A DNA stretch of 64,000 nt from the NCBI GenBank assembly GCA_963835065.1, contig CAWIEK010000057.1:64001-128000 (forward strand), read 5' to 3'. Below the pieces are notes generated by a model, which was not told where the DNA came from, did no database searches, and was given only the letters and a program-made list of their open reading frames with translations. Shown here one piece after another: positions 1 through 9,180 of this stretch (the stretch's first letter is position 1; each line of letters opens with the position of its first letter). The stretch comes from an uncultured Chthonomonadaceae bacterium. GTDB taxonomy: Bacteria; Armatimonadota; Chthonomonadetes; Chthonomonadales; Chthonomonadaceae. The position numbers and the translations under genes are program-made.

Positions 1-125
1 TGTGGGTAGCCGGTCAAAGCGGCAGCGTATCGCCAATCCTCGCCGCCTTCGCCGCCGATATTGTTGGCCTGACGGTCGGCCTGGCACTCGCGGTGCGGGC
101 ATCGCAGGTAGGCATTAGGCATTAG
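1..125 (+). CDS. 3' end of a membrane protein, probably LptF/LptG family permease (partial)
   Basis: Frame 3 reads WVAGQSGSVSPILAAFAADIVGLTVGLALAVRASQVGIRH*, resembling the last TM helix of LptF/G. The stop codon lies inside the GGCATTA repeat. Confidence 0.5.
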   Translation, partial: WVAGQSGSVSPILAAFAADIVGLTVGLALAVRASQVGIRH

Positions 126-228
126 GCATTAGAGCAGACATAATCCTATAGTGTGTCGGCAACAATGTACTTCAACAGGCACAGGCTGAGAGGCATTCCT
201 AATGCCTAATGCCTAATGCCTAATGCCT
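109..228. repeat. Inverted tandem heptamer mini-element (GGCATTA)n - ~66 bp spacer - (TAATGCC)n
   Basis: Left arm 109-132 and right arm 198-228 are reverse complements. Confidence 0.9.
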
Positions 229-239
229 GGAGTTCTCCC

Positions 240-1880
240 ATGTTCTGGACACTGCTCGCCCTGCTGTTGATGATTGTGCTGGGCGGGTTTATTTCTTATT
301 ACGGTGATTTGCAGGGCAGGCGCTGGGGCAAGCGGCGCGTGTCCTGGTTTGGCTTGCGTCCCAAATATACCGCCGTTGTCATTACCAGTCTGACAGGCGC
401 GTTTATTGCCCTGATGAGCATCATTACGGTGCTGATTGCCTCCCCGACCGTGCGCGAAGTGGTATTGCGCGGCGAACGGGCGCTTGAGGAGAACAAGCGG
501 GCGCTGGAAGAAAACCGGCAGCTTAACAACAAACTGGCGGTGGAGCGTAAAATCGCCACGCGGGACGTGGATGTATTGAAGGCGTCCACCAAAAGCCTGA
601 ATGAAGCGCTGAAAACGAAAAAACAGGAAGTGGAAACGACAAAGCTGGAGTTGGAACTGGCGCGCAGGGATGTTACCGCCGCGCAGCAGAAACTCGTTCC
701 CATGCAGGCGGAAGTGACTCAACTGCAAGCAAGACAGGCGGAATCAAAAACCACGCTGAAGCAGGAACAAGCCGCTATTAAGCAGAAATCCGCCGAACTG
801 CAAACTAAAATCGTTGAAAACAAGCGGGCTTCCGAAATGAACATCGGCCTGAGCCAGCGATTGCAGGATTTGAACCAGCGAACGAAACAACTGGCTGACA
901 AGAACCGGGAACTGGAACAGGGGAACAAAGAGCTTCAACAGACCAAAGACAGCATGACGCAGACGATTGATAATTTGTCGCAGGAAAAAATGCGAAAAAC
1001 GCATGAGAACGATGCGCTGCTGGAAGTAAATAAGCGCATGATTGCGCAGAACAACGATCTGGAAGCCAAAAACGGTTCCGTCGCGCAGGAATTGGATAAG
1101 AAGCAGCGTGAACTTGCCAAAGCGAACACGCAGTTGGATCAGGCAGCCGCCAATCTTGCGGGCGCGGGGCAAACGTTTACGCAAAACTACCATGCGCTGC
1201 GGCAGGGCGAAATCAACATTCGGGCGGGCGCGGAACTGGCGCGGCGCGTGATTGCGGCCAAACAAAGCAGTGACGCCGTGCGCAAACAATTGGTGCAGTT
1301 ATTGGAAGCGGCGGGCGATACGGCCAGCGTTTACGGGGCGGCGCGGGGCGACAACAACCGGGCGGTTCGCATAATCAGCAAGAAGCTGGTGACGCAGTTC
1401 GAGACGCAGGATGTGGACGAAAGTGCCAGCCTCAACGCGCAGTCGGAAGTGATTGCCAACAGTTCCACGCCGGTTGTCGTGATTGCCACAGCGCTCAACA
1501 ACAGTCTGCGCGGCGAACAGGCGATTGTGGAACTGCGCCCGTTTGCCGTCCGGCATGTATTCGACAAGGAGGAAGTGGTCGCGTCACGCCTGATAGACGC
1601 GGTCCAATCTCCGCAGCGCATCAAGGAAGCGATTGCCGAGTTTTTGCAGCAGAACGTGAAAAATGCGGCGGTACGCGCAGGCAGTATTCCCCATGTCAAC
1701 CCGGAAACGGGCCGCAAGGAGATCGGCGTGTATGACAGCATTGCCCTGGGACAGTTAGCCGATCAGGTAAAGCGCATGGGCGGCAGCGTCCTGCTCAAAG
1801 CCGTCGCCACCACCGCCATTACGTCCGCCGACCCGCTGGACGACGAACATCTGCACTTCGAGACGGTACACACTCCGTAG
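240..1880 (+). CDS. DUF3084 domain coiled-coil membrane protein
   Basis: N-terminal GGFISYYGDLQGRRWGKRRVSWFGLRPKYTAVVIT, two TM helices and a long coiled coil. ATG 240 chosen because the ORF-track start at 216 lies in the repeat. Confidence 0.85.
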   Translation: MFWTLLALLLMIVLGGFISYYGDLQGRRWGKRRVSWFGLRPKYTAVVITSLTGAFIALMSIITVLIASPTVREVVLRGERALEENKRALEENRQLNNKLAVERKIATRDVDVLKASTKSLNEALKTKKQEVETTKLELELARRDVTAAQQKLVPMQAEVTQLQARQAESKTTLKQEQAAIKQKSAELQTKIVENKRASEMNIGLSQRLQDLNQRTKQLADKNRELEQGNKELQQTKDSMTQTIDNLSQEKMRKTHENDALLEVNKRMIAQNNDLEAKNGSVAQELDKKQRELAKANTQLDQAAANLAGAGQTFTQNYHALRQGEINIRAGAELARRVIAAKQSSDAVRKQLVQLLEAAGDTASVYGAARGDNNRAVRIISKKLVTQFETQDVDESASLNAQSEVIANSSTPVVVIATALNNSLRGEQAIVELRPFAVRHVFDKEEVVASRLIDAVQSPQRIKEAIAEFLQQNVKNAAVRAGSIPHVNPETGRKEIGVYDSIALGQLADQVKRMGGSVLLKAVATTAITSADPLDDEHLHFETVHTP

Positions 1881-1893
1881 GGGTAAGGGATAA

Positions 1894-2454
1894 GTGGCAA
1901 GGGAGAAGGGCGGAAAACAGGGAACAGAAAAAAACAGTGATGAATGCGGAATGATGAATGATGAATCAGAATCCCATTCATCACTCATCACTCATCACTC
2001 ATCACTTTCCCCAACACCCTTGCCTCGTGTTCTGGCGATTGACCCCGGCACGGCAAAGTGCGGCGTGGCCGTCGTTTGTTCCGACGGCCACGTTCTGCAC
2101 CGGGGCATTGTGTCGGCAGAAACTCTTGTTGAGGAGACGCGAGCGCTGATTGCCGCGCGCCGGCCTTGCCTTATCATTTGCGGCAATGGCACGGGCGCAA
2201 AGCCGATTCTGCAAGCCCTGCAAGCCGCGCAATTCTCCATTTCCGTTCAGGCGGTTGAAGAAGCGCATACTTCGGAAGCCGCCCGAATTCGTTTTGTTCG
2301 TGAAAACCGCCCGCCATTCCTGCAGCGTTTGCTTCCCCGCAGCCTCCGAACACCCTGGCTCCCCTATGATGATTACGTAGCCGTGATTCTCGCGGAACGT
2401 TACTGGCAGGACGCTGCAACGCGCGGCAATTTTCACCATGAACCTGTCAAGTAG
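1894..2454 (+). CDS. YqgF/RuvX-like RNase H-fold nuclease with repeat-derived N-terminus
   Basis: VLAIDPGTAKCGVAV, IICGNGT, VEEAHTSEAAR and DDYVAVILAERY motifs. Start uncertain because residues 1-43 are encoded by heptamer repeats. Confidence 0.8.
   Translation: MAREKGGKQGTEKNSDECGMMNDESESHSSLITHHSSLSPTPLPRVLAIDPGTAKCGVAVVCSDGHVLHRGIVSAETLVEETRALIAARRPCLIICGNGTGAKPILQALQAAQFSISVQAVEEAHTSEAARIRFVRENRPPFLQRLLPRSLRTPWLPYDDYVAVILAERYWQDAATRGNFHHEPVK
1936..2006 (+). repeat. Palindromic TGATGAA/TCATCAC element, copy 1
   Basis: GCGGAATGATGAATGATGAA...CATTCATCACTCATCACTCATCAC, homologous to 8582-8652 and 36101-36174. Confidence 0.85.
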
Positions 2455-2516
2455 ATGGTCAAGTAGATGGATGGTTCAATAGCGCAACCAAAGCGTTTGC
2501 AGGTACAATAAAAATT

Positions 2517-2864
2517 ATGCGTCTGCTCAACCTGCTGAAAAGCAAAATACACCGCGCGGTTGTCACCGAAGCGGACTTGAACTACATCGGCAGTATCACC
2601 ATTGACCTCGATTTGATTGAACGCTCCGGCCTGGTTCTCAACGAACTGGTACACGTCTGGAACCTTGACAACGGCGAACGCTTTGAAACGTATGTGCTGA
2701 AAGGCGAACGCGGGGCGGGGCAGATTGTCGTCAACGGAGCCGCCGCCCATCGCGTCCGCGTCGGGCACAAACTTATTATCGCGGCCTTCTGCCTGACCGA
2801 CGAACCCCTGACGCCCACAGTGATTCTCGTGGACGACCACAACCGCTATGTGCGCGACTTGTGA
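2517..2864 (+). CDS. panD: Aspartate 1-decarboxylase
   Basis: LKSKIHRAVVTEADLNYIGSITID (G-S cleavage site), NGERFETY, NGAAAH. Confidence 0.97.
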   Translation: MRLLNLLKSKIHRAVVTEADLNYIGSITIDLDLIERSGLVLNELVHVWNLDNGERFETYVLKGERGAGQIVVNGAAAHRVRVGHKLIIAAFCLTDEPLTPTVILVDDHNRYVRDL

Positions 2865-2991
2865 AGGCATTAGGCATTAGGCATTAGGCATTAGGAAGAC
2901 CGCCCCGTTTACTGTTACACCGCAAAGAAGGCTAACGTCACTTCAAGGTGGGTTGATTTTCCTAATGCCTAATGCCTAATGCCTAATGCCT
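2865..2991. repeat. Inverted tandem heptamer mini-element (GGCATTA)4 - ~65 bp spacer - (TAATGCC)4
   Basis: Arms at 2865-2895 and 2961-2991. The spacer is unrelated to that of the 109-228 copy. Confidence 0.9.
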
Positions 2992-3002
2992 CGAGCCTAA
3001 CT

Positions 3003-3746
3003 ATGATTTACGCAATCGGCGACATACACGGCAAATTGACGATGCTGCGGCAGATGCTCACAGAGATTATCGCGCAGCCGCTTCAGGAAGACGACACGGT
3101 GATCTTTCTGGGCGATTACATAGACCGGGGCGAGGACTCGCGGGGCGTGATTGAGGAAATCATCCGCTTCAAAGCGGAGCGTCACGCCAACACGGTTTTC
3201 CTGCGCGGCAACCATGAGCAATTGATGCTGGATGCGCGTGAGGACGATCCGCCCCGTCCCGCCCCCCGCGCCGGGTTTATTTTATTCGAGGAGCGCACCT
3301 TAAACTGGCTGCAAAACGGCGGCGTGGATACCCTGAAGTCGTATGGCATGGAAGACTATTCCCAGTGGGCAGACAGCATCCCGCCCGAACATTGGGAGTT
3401 TCTGAACCAGACGCGCTTCGAACACATGATCCCCGGCTACCATTTCGTTCATGCCGGCCTGCTACCTCCCGGCGTGAATTGGGAAATGCGCAGTTGGGGT
3501 TTGGACCCGCGCCTGTGGATACGCGAAGAGTTTCTGCACAGCGTAGCGGATTTCGACGGGCGTATCGTGGTCTTCGGACACACGCCGCAGCGGGAAGGCA
3601 AGCCCCTCGTGCAGCCCAACAAAATCGGCATTGACACGGGCGCGGTCTTCGGCAAGCCGCTCACCGCCGCCATCCTCGACCCGTCTGCCGCGCCCGTCGC
3701 CGCCAACGCCCGCTTTATCCAGATTGCCAACCCCGATGAGGAGTAA
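3003..3746 (+). CDS. Calcineurin-like metallophosphoesterase (PrpA/ApaH-type Ser/Thr phosphatase)
   Basis: GDIHG, LGDYIDRG, RGNHE, FVHAG, VFGHTP and IDTGA motifs. Confidence 0.93.
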   Translation: MIYAIGDIHGKLTMLRQMLTEIIAQPLQEDDTVIFLGDYIDRGEDSRGVIEEIIRFKAERHANTVFLRGNHEQLMLDAREDDPPRPAPRAGFILFEERTLNWLQNGGVDTLKSYGMEDYSQWADSIPPEHWEFLNQTRFEHMIPGYHFVHAGLLPPGVNWEMRSWGLDPRLWIREEFLHSVADFDGRIVVFGHTPQREGKPLVQPNKIGIDTGAVFGKPLTAAILDPSAAPVAANARFIQIANPDEE

Positions 3747-3796
3747 ACCCTCCCTGCTCCCGTACTCCGCTATTCTCGTAAAGGAGATTTGCTGCT

Positions 3797-4918
3797 GTGG
3801 AAAACGAGAACACGCCCTCAGAAAACGTAACGCTTCCTGCCGAAGAAATCATTGCGCCGGAGTACGACAGCATTGTGAGCGACATTGCGCAGTTGCTCGA
3901 ATCGGCGCGTCGCCAAGCCGCGCGTTCCGTCAACGCCCTGATGACCGCGACGTACTGGCTCATTGGTCAACATATCATAGGACTAGAGCAAAACGGTAAG
4001 GAGCGCGCCAGACGAGGCGACTCATTGCTTGAACGGCTTTCAAAAGATTTGACAGCGAAAGCAGGCAGGGGATTTTCCGTGGATAATCTGGAGTCCATGC
4101 GGCTATTTTACCTTGCTTATCCCGCGCCGCCATATTCCGAGACAGTGTCTCGGAATATGGAATTAACACAAATTGCCGAGCGTTTTCCCTTATCTTGGTC
4201 TCATTACGTGCTTTTAATACGTAGACCGCGCTCTATAGAAGCACGGACCTTCTACGAAATTGAAGCGCAACGGGGTGGATGGTCGCTGAGACAGTTGGAG
4301 CGTCAGATGAATTCAATGTTCTACGAGCGCACTGCTCTTTCGATTAACAAAGCAGCAATGCTTACAAAAGGCATGGAGGTTAAACCGGAAGATGTTATGA
4401 GCGCGGAAGCCGAAATTAAAGACCCGTACGTGCTTGAGTTTCTCAACTTGAAAGATGATTATTCGGAGTTGGAACTTGAAGAGGCGCTTATCAAACATCT
4501 GGAAAGTTTTCTGTTGGAATTAGGCAACGACTTCGCCTACGTAGCAAGGCAAAAACGTATACAGATCGGGCATAGCTGGTTTCGTATGGATTTGCTGCTA
4601 TATCATCGTCGCCTGCGCTGTCTGGTCATTATTGACTTGAAAACAGGCGAGTTCAATCACGCAGACGCAGGGCAGATGAACCTGTACGTCAACTATGCAG
4701 CCGAACATCTGACTTTGCCTGATGAAAACCCGCCTATCGGCCTGATTCTCTGCTCGGAACCCAACGCCGCCGTCGCGCAGTACGCGCTGAACGGCCTGCA
4801 CAACGCGGTTTTAACGGCAGAATACCGTCTCGCCCTCCCCGATGAACAACTGCTCACGGCAGAATTGGAACGCACCCGAAAATTGCTCGAACAACATAAG
4901 AAACCAGATGTCTGCTGA
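3797..4918 (+). CDS. YhcG/DUF1016 family PD-(D/E)XK nuclease
   Basis: YWLIG, RGFSVDNL, LSWSHY, IKDPYVLEFL, FLLELGNDFAYVARQKR, IDLK, DAGQMNLY and PIGLILC. GTG start after AAGGAG. Confidence 0.93.
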   Translation: MENENTPSENVTLPAEEIIAPEYDSIVSDIAQLLESARRQAARSVNALMTATYWLIGQHIIGLEQNGKERARRGDSLLERLSKDLTAKAGRGFSVDNLESMRLFYLAYPAPPYSETVSRNMELTQIAERFPLSWSHYVLLIRRPRSIEARTFYEIEAQRGGWSLRQLERQMNSMFYERTALSINKAAMLTKGMEVKPEDVMSAEAEIKDPYVLEFLNLKDDYSELELEEALIKHLESFLLELGNDFAYVARQKRIQIGHSWFRMDLLLYHRRLRCLVIIDLKTGEFNHADAGQMNLYVNYAAEHLTLPDENPPIGLILCSEPNAAVAQYALNGLHNAVLTAEYRLALPDEQLLTAELERTRKLLEQHKKPDVC

Positions 4919-5018
4919 AAATAGTTTTCCTTCGCTAATGGTACACCTTTGCTGTAAATCCAATTCCGCAGACAGTGTCTGCGGAATTGGAACTGTAAGC
5001 GCTTCGTATGGGGGTAAG

Positions 5019-5745
5019 TCAGGATACAAATAATTGCCACCAACTGCGTTTTTTCACGCCCGCTGCTGTTAATGCTTCGGAAGCCCTGACACGTACCTTC
5101 TTATGTTGATCTTTAAGCAATCGAGTAAAATGGGGAATAGCGCGTCTATCTCCGATTTCGCTTAATGCTTCCACTGATGAGGCACGTATTTGAGGATCAG
5201 GATCATCAAGCGCCTCGATAAGTGGTACTACGGCGCGCACATCTTGGAGGTCGGCGAGTATCCGTATTACTATCATGAGACGCCGTTGGTGAGTATCGGT
5301 GTGAAGAATCTGGATCAGCGGTTCGATTTCGGCTTTCCCAATAGAAATAAGCGCCTCCCAGGCCATAGTTGGGTTGATTCTATCCTCATCCTCAATCATT
5401 AAATCCAGAAGAGGTTCAATGGCCCGCGTATCTTTCAGCTGACCAAGCGCATGAGCCGCAAGACCACGCTGGTTTGGAGATTCATCTTTCAAAGCCAAAA
5501 TGAGCGGTTCGACGGCAGTTGCATCGCCAATCTGTCCAAGAAGATAAGCACTAAGAAAGCGTAGATGACGATTGTCACTCCGAAGCCCGACGGTGAGAGG
5601 CACAATGGCGGGTTTGCCTATAGATTCAAGCGCATCTAGTGCTGCGTTTATATATATCTCTATCTTCTTCCTTCAGTGCTTCTATATGCTTTGCTATCTC
5701 ACTTTGAAGATGCGCTGGCGCGCTTTGAAACTCATCGTTCTCCAT
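5019..5745 (-). CDS. HEAT/PBS-lyase repeat protein, frameshifted in an (AT)n tract near 5650
   Basis: Repeated LGQIGDATAVEPLILALKD units. An upstream frame MENDEFQS...EDRDIY joins NAALDALESIGKPAIVPL across TATATATA. Confidence 0.75.
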
Positions 5746-5888
5746 TTGTGATTTCTACTTAACTTGCTCCATGTGTTATACTTACGATAACCCTGTCGAA
5801 GCATCTCATGTGAGAGTGACATCAATACGCTTCTGAGTTGAAATGTTGCGATTCTAAGGCGTAAATTCCCCACGGGGCTTGTTCTTTA

Positions 5889-7809
5889 TCAGGCGGGAAC
5901 CGTATCCGCCCACTGTCGGCTCCGGTCTTCAATCTCTTTAATCGCGTCTTCTTTTACTTTCATTTCTTCGCTATGCTTCGCGGTTTCCGCCAGTGCTAAC
6001 AACTGCTTGATCGTGTCCCGCCGCGCCGGGTTGCTGCGAATCAAGTCCGAAAGTTTCAGTTGCTTCAAGCGCATACTCAGGCTTTCCAAACGCGCGTCCA
6101 GTTCGGGTGTTGGGTGTTGGGTGTTAGGTGTTGGGGGGGCAGGCAAGGATGAAGGATGAGGGATGAAGGATGAAGCCGCTCCTCCTGTTCCCTGTTCCCT
6201 GTTCCCTGTTCCCTGTGTTTCCTCTTCCTCCTCCGCCTGCCCCGTGTAGCTCCACAACACGCGGACGCGCTGCGCGGATTCGTCAATATCGCGGGCGGAG
6301 CGGCGGGCGTCGTAGCGGAGGGGCAGGATTTTATCCGTGCCTTCGATTCGGGCTTCCAGCGCCATCACCGCGTTTTCATCGTACACGAACAGCACGGACA
6401 GCGAACGCCGCGCGCCCGTTGTGGAAACGGGAATATCGTGGATGGTTTCTTCGCGCAGGCGGGTGGCGCGGGCATCGGTCATCAGGCTGTCGGACGTGGC
6501 GTAGCCCTCATATAAAGTGATAGTTAAGGTTTGCTGCGTGGGGGATTTCAGGGTCAGGTCGGAGCGCAGCTTGCGGAACGGCAGTTCGGCTCCCGGTGGG
6601 ATGAGCAGGCCGTAGCGCTCCTGATGCGTGTGCGGGTCCTCGTAGCTCAGGCCCAGGCCGTGACTGGCAACGTCCTTGAGTTCCAATCGCCGCCCGCTTT
6701 CTTCGCTTCCGAGCAGTCCCAACTGGTCGGCGGCCAGAATGGACGCGCCTTCCGCAACCGCCGTAAGCGGATCGAAGGACAGGCAGCGCGCGCCAAACCG
6801 GGCTTCCATCATTTCGCGCACGGCGGGGATTTTGCAGGTTCCGCCGACAAGCAGCACATGCCCGATGCTTTCGGGCGGCAGATTGCTTTTGGCGACGGCT
6901 TCGTCCAGGCAGGCGCGCGTGGCATCTAAGCAAGGGTTTGGAAATCTGCTCGAACACTTCCCGCGTAATGGTGGCGCGCAGGGAATAATCGCGCCCGTCT
7001 TTTTTGCCGACGTTACGCAGAAAGACGCGCGTGGTCGGGTCGGTAGACAATCGCCACTTGATTTGTTCGGCCTCGTTACGCAGAATGCCGTCCAGGTCGG
7101 GGGCGGGCGTAACGCCGGGTTCGATCTGCTGCCGCAGCCATTCGCGGACGCCATAATCGAAGTCAATGCCGCCCAATTTCGGGTTGCCATGCGTGGAATG
7201 GACGCGCAGCGCCTTTTTGGATTTGGCAAGGATGGTAATGTCCAGCGTACCGCCGCCGAAGTCGAACACGAGCAGGTTTTCCTCGGTTTCAGGGCGTTCG
7301 ATGGTGTAGGAAAGCGCGGCAGCCGTCGGCTCATTGACCAATCGGAGCGGGTTCAGGCCGACGATTTTCGCCGCCGCCAGCAATGCTTCCCGCGCCGCGC
7401 CGCCGAAATTGGCCGGAATGGACAAAACCACATCCTTAATCGGTTCGCCGATTTTAGCCTGCGCGTTGGTGACGATATGCTTCAAAATCAGCGCGGCCAC
7501 TTCTTCGGGCTTGTACGCCTGCCCGAACAGCATAAACGTCTTGTTCGGATCGCCCAATGACCGCTTCACTTCGCGGATCGTATCGGGCGACTCCAGCAAA
7601 TCCCACGCCCGCCAGCCAATCGTGATTTCCGGCGTACTGCCCGGCGCGTCATCCTTCCACGCGGCCACGACGGAGGGCGTCCACGGAGCCTGGTACTGAT
7701 CGCGGGTGTTCGGGTCTGACAGCACACTCGCCATGCCGTACTGGTAGCGCGCCACAAGCGACGTGCTGGTTCCAAAATCTATGCCGATGGCAAACGTCTG
7801 CTGCGCCAT
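5889..7809 (-). CDS. Atypical Hsp70/DnaK-family protein, frameshift near 6930
   Basis: IGIDFGTS, NEPTAAAL, VFDFGGGTLD and LGGIDFD in one frame. LLVGGTCKIP and AVAEGA in the other. Repeat-derived insert at about 6105-6215. Confidence 0.85.
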
Positions 7810-7852
7810 GCTTGCTTTTCTCTCCTCAAAATCCAAAGTTTATAGTACCTCC

Positions 7853-7984
7853 TCACCACCAAGACGCCAAGAACACCAAGAGAAAAATGCAATCGAAGAC
7901 AGTTTCGTCCTCTCATGCAACTTCACAATGCAATTCTTCTCATTCTTCTCGTTTTGCTTGGTGTTCTTAGTGTCTTGGTGGTGA
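7853..7984. repeat. MITE-like element with 28-bp inverted arms made of 9-mers (CACCAAGAA-like)
   Basis: TCACCACCAAGACGCCAAGAACACCAAG (7853-7880) matches the reverse complement of 7957-7984 with 2 mismatches. Confidence 0.85.
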
Positions 7985-7995
7985 AGAGTTAAATT

Positions 7996-9024
7996 TTATT
8001 CTACATGCGGTTTGCGGGCGATTTGTTCCAGTTCCATGGTCACATCGCCAAGCGCGGCTTCCAGGTCGGCGAGCAGGGGCGAGGAAGCGCGGGCAGCGGC
8101 TACGTCTTCCAGATCAATGACTGCGCGCAGTAAACATTCTTCGGTTTGATTGCCGATGACCTGCACGTTGCCCCAGGGGTCTATGACTTGCGAGTTTCCG
8201 CTGAACCCTTTGCCGCCCTCGAAACCGACCAGGCCGGAATACACGACCCACACATTATGCTCGTCGGCAATTCCGGGCAGCAGCACGTTCCAGCGCGCCA
8301 CGTTGCCCACATGCTGCCCGCCAAAATCGCGCCCCGGACTGGCGCTGATGATGTAAATCACCTGCGCCCCCTTTAATGCCGCCAGCATTGCCGTAACCGA
8401 GTGCCACACGTCCTCGCAAATCAGCACGGCAACGGTTCCAAACCGCGACGCAAACGCCCGCACCGTCCGCCCCCGCGACACAAACCGCTTCTCATCAAAC
8501 ACGCCATACGTCGGCAGGAAGAACTTGCGGTGAACGTGAGAAATCGCGGGTGTTGGGTGTTGGGTGTTGGGTATTGAGGATAATGATGAGTGCTGAGTGC
8601 TGAGTGATGAATGGGATTCTGATTTATCATTCATCATTCCGCGTTCAGCATTGTTCCCTTCTTCCTGACCCCTGGCCCCTGATCCCTGACCCCTTGTGAG
8701 CGTGGCATACAGTGCGCTGTTGAAATACTTGCCTTCGCCTAATTCGTAAAAGCCCAGGCAGATGTCGAGGATGGCGTCGGGGCGGGTGACGCGCTCGCGG
8801 TAAACGCGCAGCAAGTCGGCAAATAATTCTTCGCGCGTTTTGGCGATTTCGCGGACGCCGCCTTCCAGAAAATACCCGGACAGAACGGTTTCGGGCAGGA
8901 CAAGCACATCCGGGGCGGGGGCGTCGGCTTCCAACTGCGCGAACAGGTCGCCGATCCGGTTGAGATTGTACGCATAATCGCCCTTTTTCGGCTTAATTTG
9001 CGCTACGGCCACATTCACTTTCAC
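7996..9024 (-). CDS. Carbon-nitrogen hydrolase (nitrilase superfamily, NAD-synthetase glutaminase-like) with in-frame repeat insertion
   Basis: E-K-C triad (LPE, HRKFFLPTYGVFDE, LICED). GTG start after GAGGAGG. Confidence 0.9.
   Translation of the reverse strand: MKVNVAVAQIKPKKGDYAYNLNRIGDLFAQLEADAPAPDVLVLPETVLSGYFLEGGVREIAKTREELFADLLRVYRERVTRPDAILDICLGFYELGEGKYFNSALYATLTRGQGSGARGQEEGNNAERGMMNDKSESHSSLSTQHSSLSSIPNTQHPTPAISHVHRKFFLPTYGVFDEKRFVSRGRTVRAFASRFGTVAVLICEDVWHSVTAMLAALKGAQVIYIISASPGRDFGGQHVGNVARWNVLLPGIADEHNVWVVYSGLVGFEGGKGFSGNSQVIDPWGNVQVIGNQTEECLLRAVIDLEDVAAARASSPLLADLEAALGDVTMELEQIARKPHVE
8548..8695 (-). repeat. Composite heptamer element (GGGTCAG / TGATGAA-TCAGCAC palindrome / CCCAACA) in frame within the nitrilase
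   Basis: Encodes about 49 aa RGQGSGARGQEEGNNAERGMMNDKSESHSSLSTQHSSLSSIPNTQHPTP. Confidence 0.85.
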
Positions 9025-9180
9025 GGTTGGTTCCCTCCTCACGTCCTTCTGTACGCTTTACTGACGCCGCGCGGTTCAGGTTTCATTGTACCCCGAATTG
9101 GAAAGGACGGCGTTCAGGTGTTCGGTATTCGGATAGTTTGGCGATTTGCGCCGTATTTCATAATAGCAGGAGGACGCGCG

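Noticed and set aside
2447..2470. 12-bp tandem duplication TCAAGTAGATGG at the YqgF-like stop as a target-site duplication
   Set aside because: The copies are adjacent with no element between them, so it cannot be told from slippage.
109..2991. CRISPR array from repeat-spacer-repeat units
   Set aside because: The arms are inverted tandem heptamers with one spacer each, not direct 25-45 bp repeats, and there is no cas operon.
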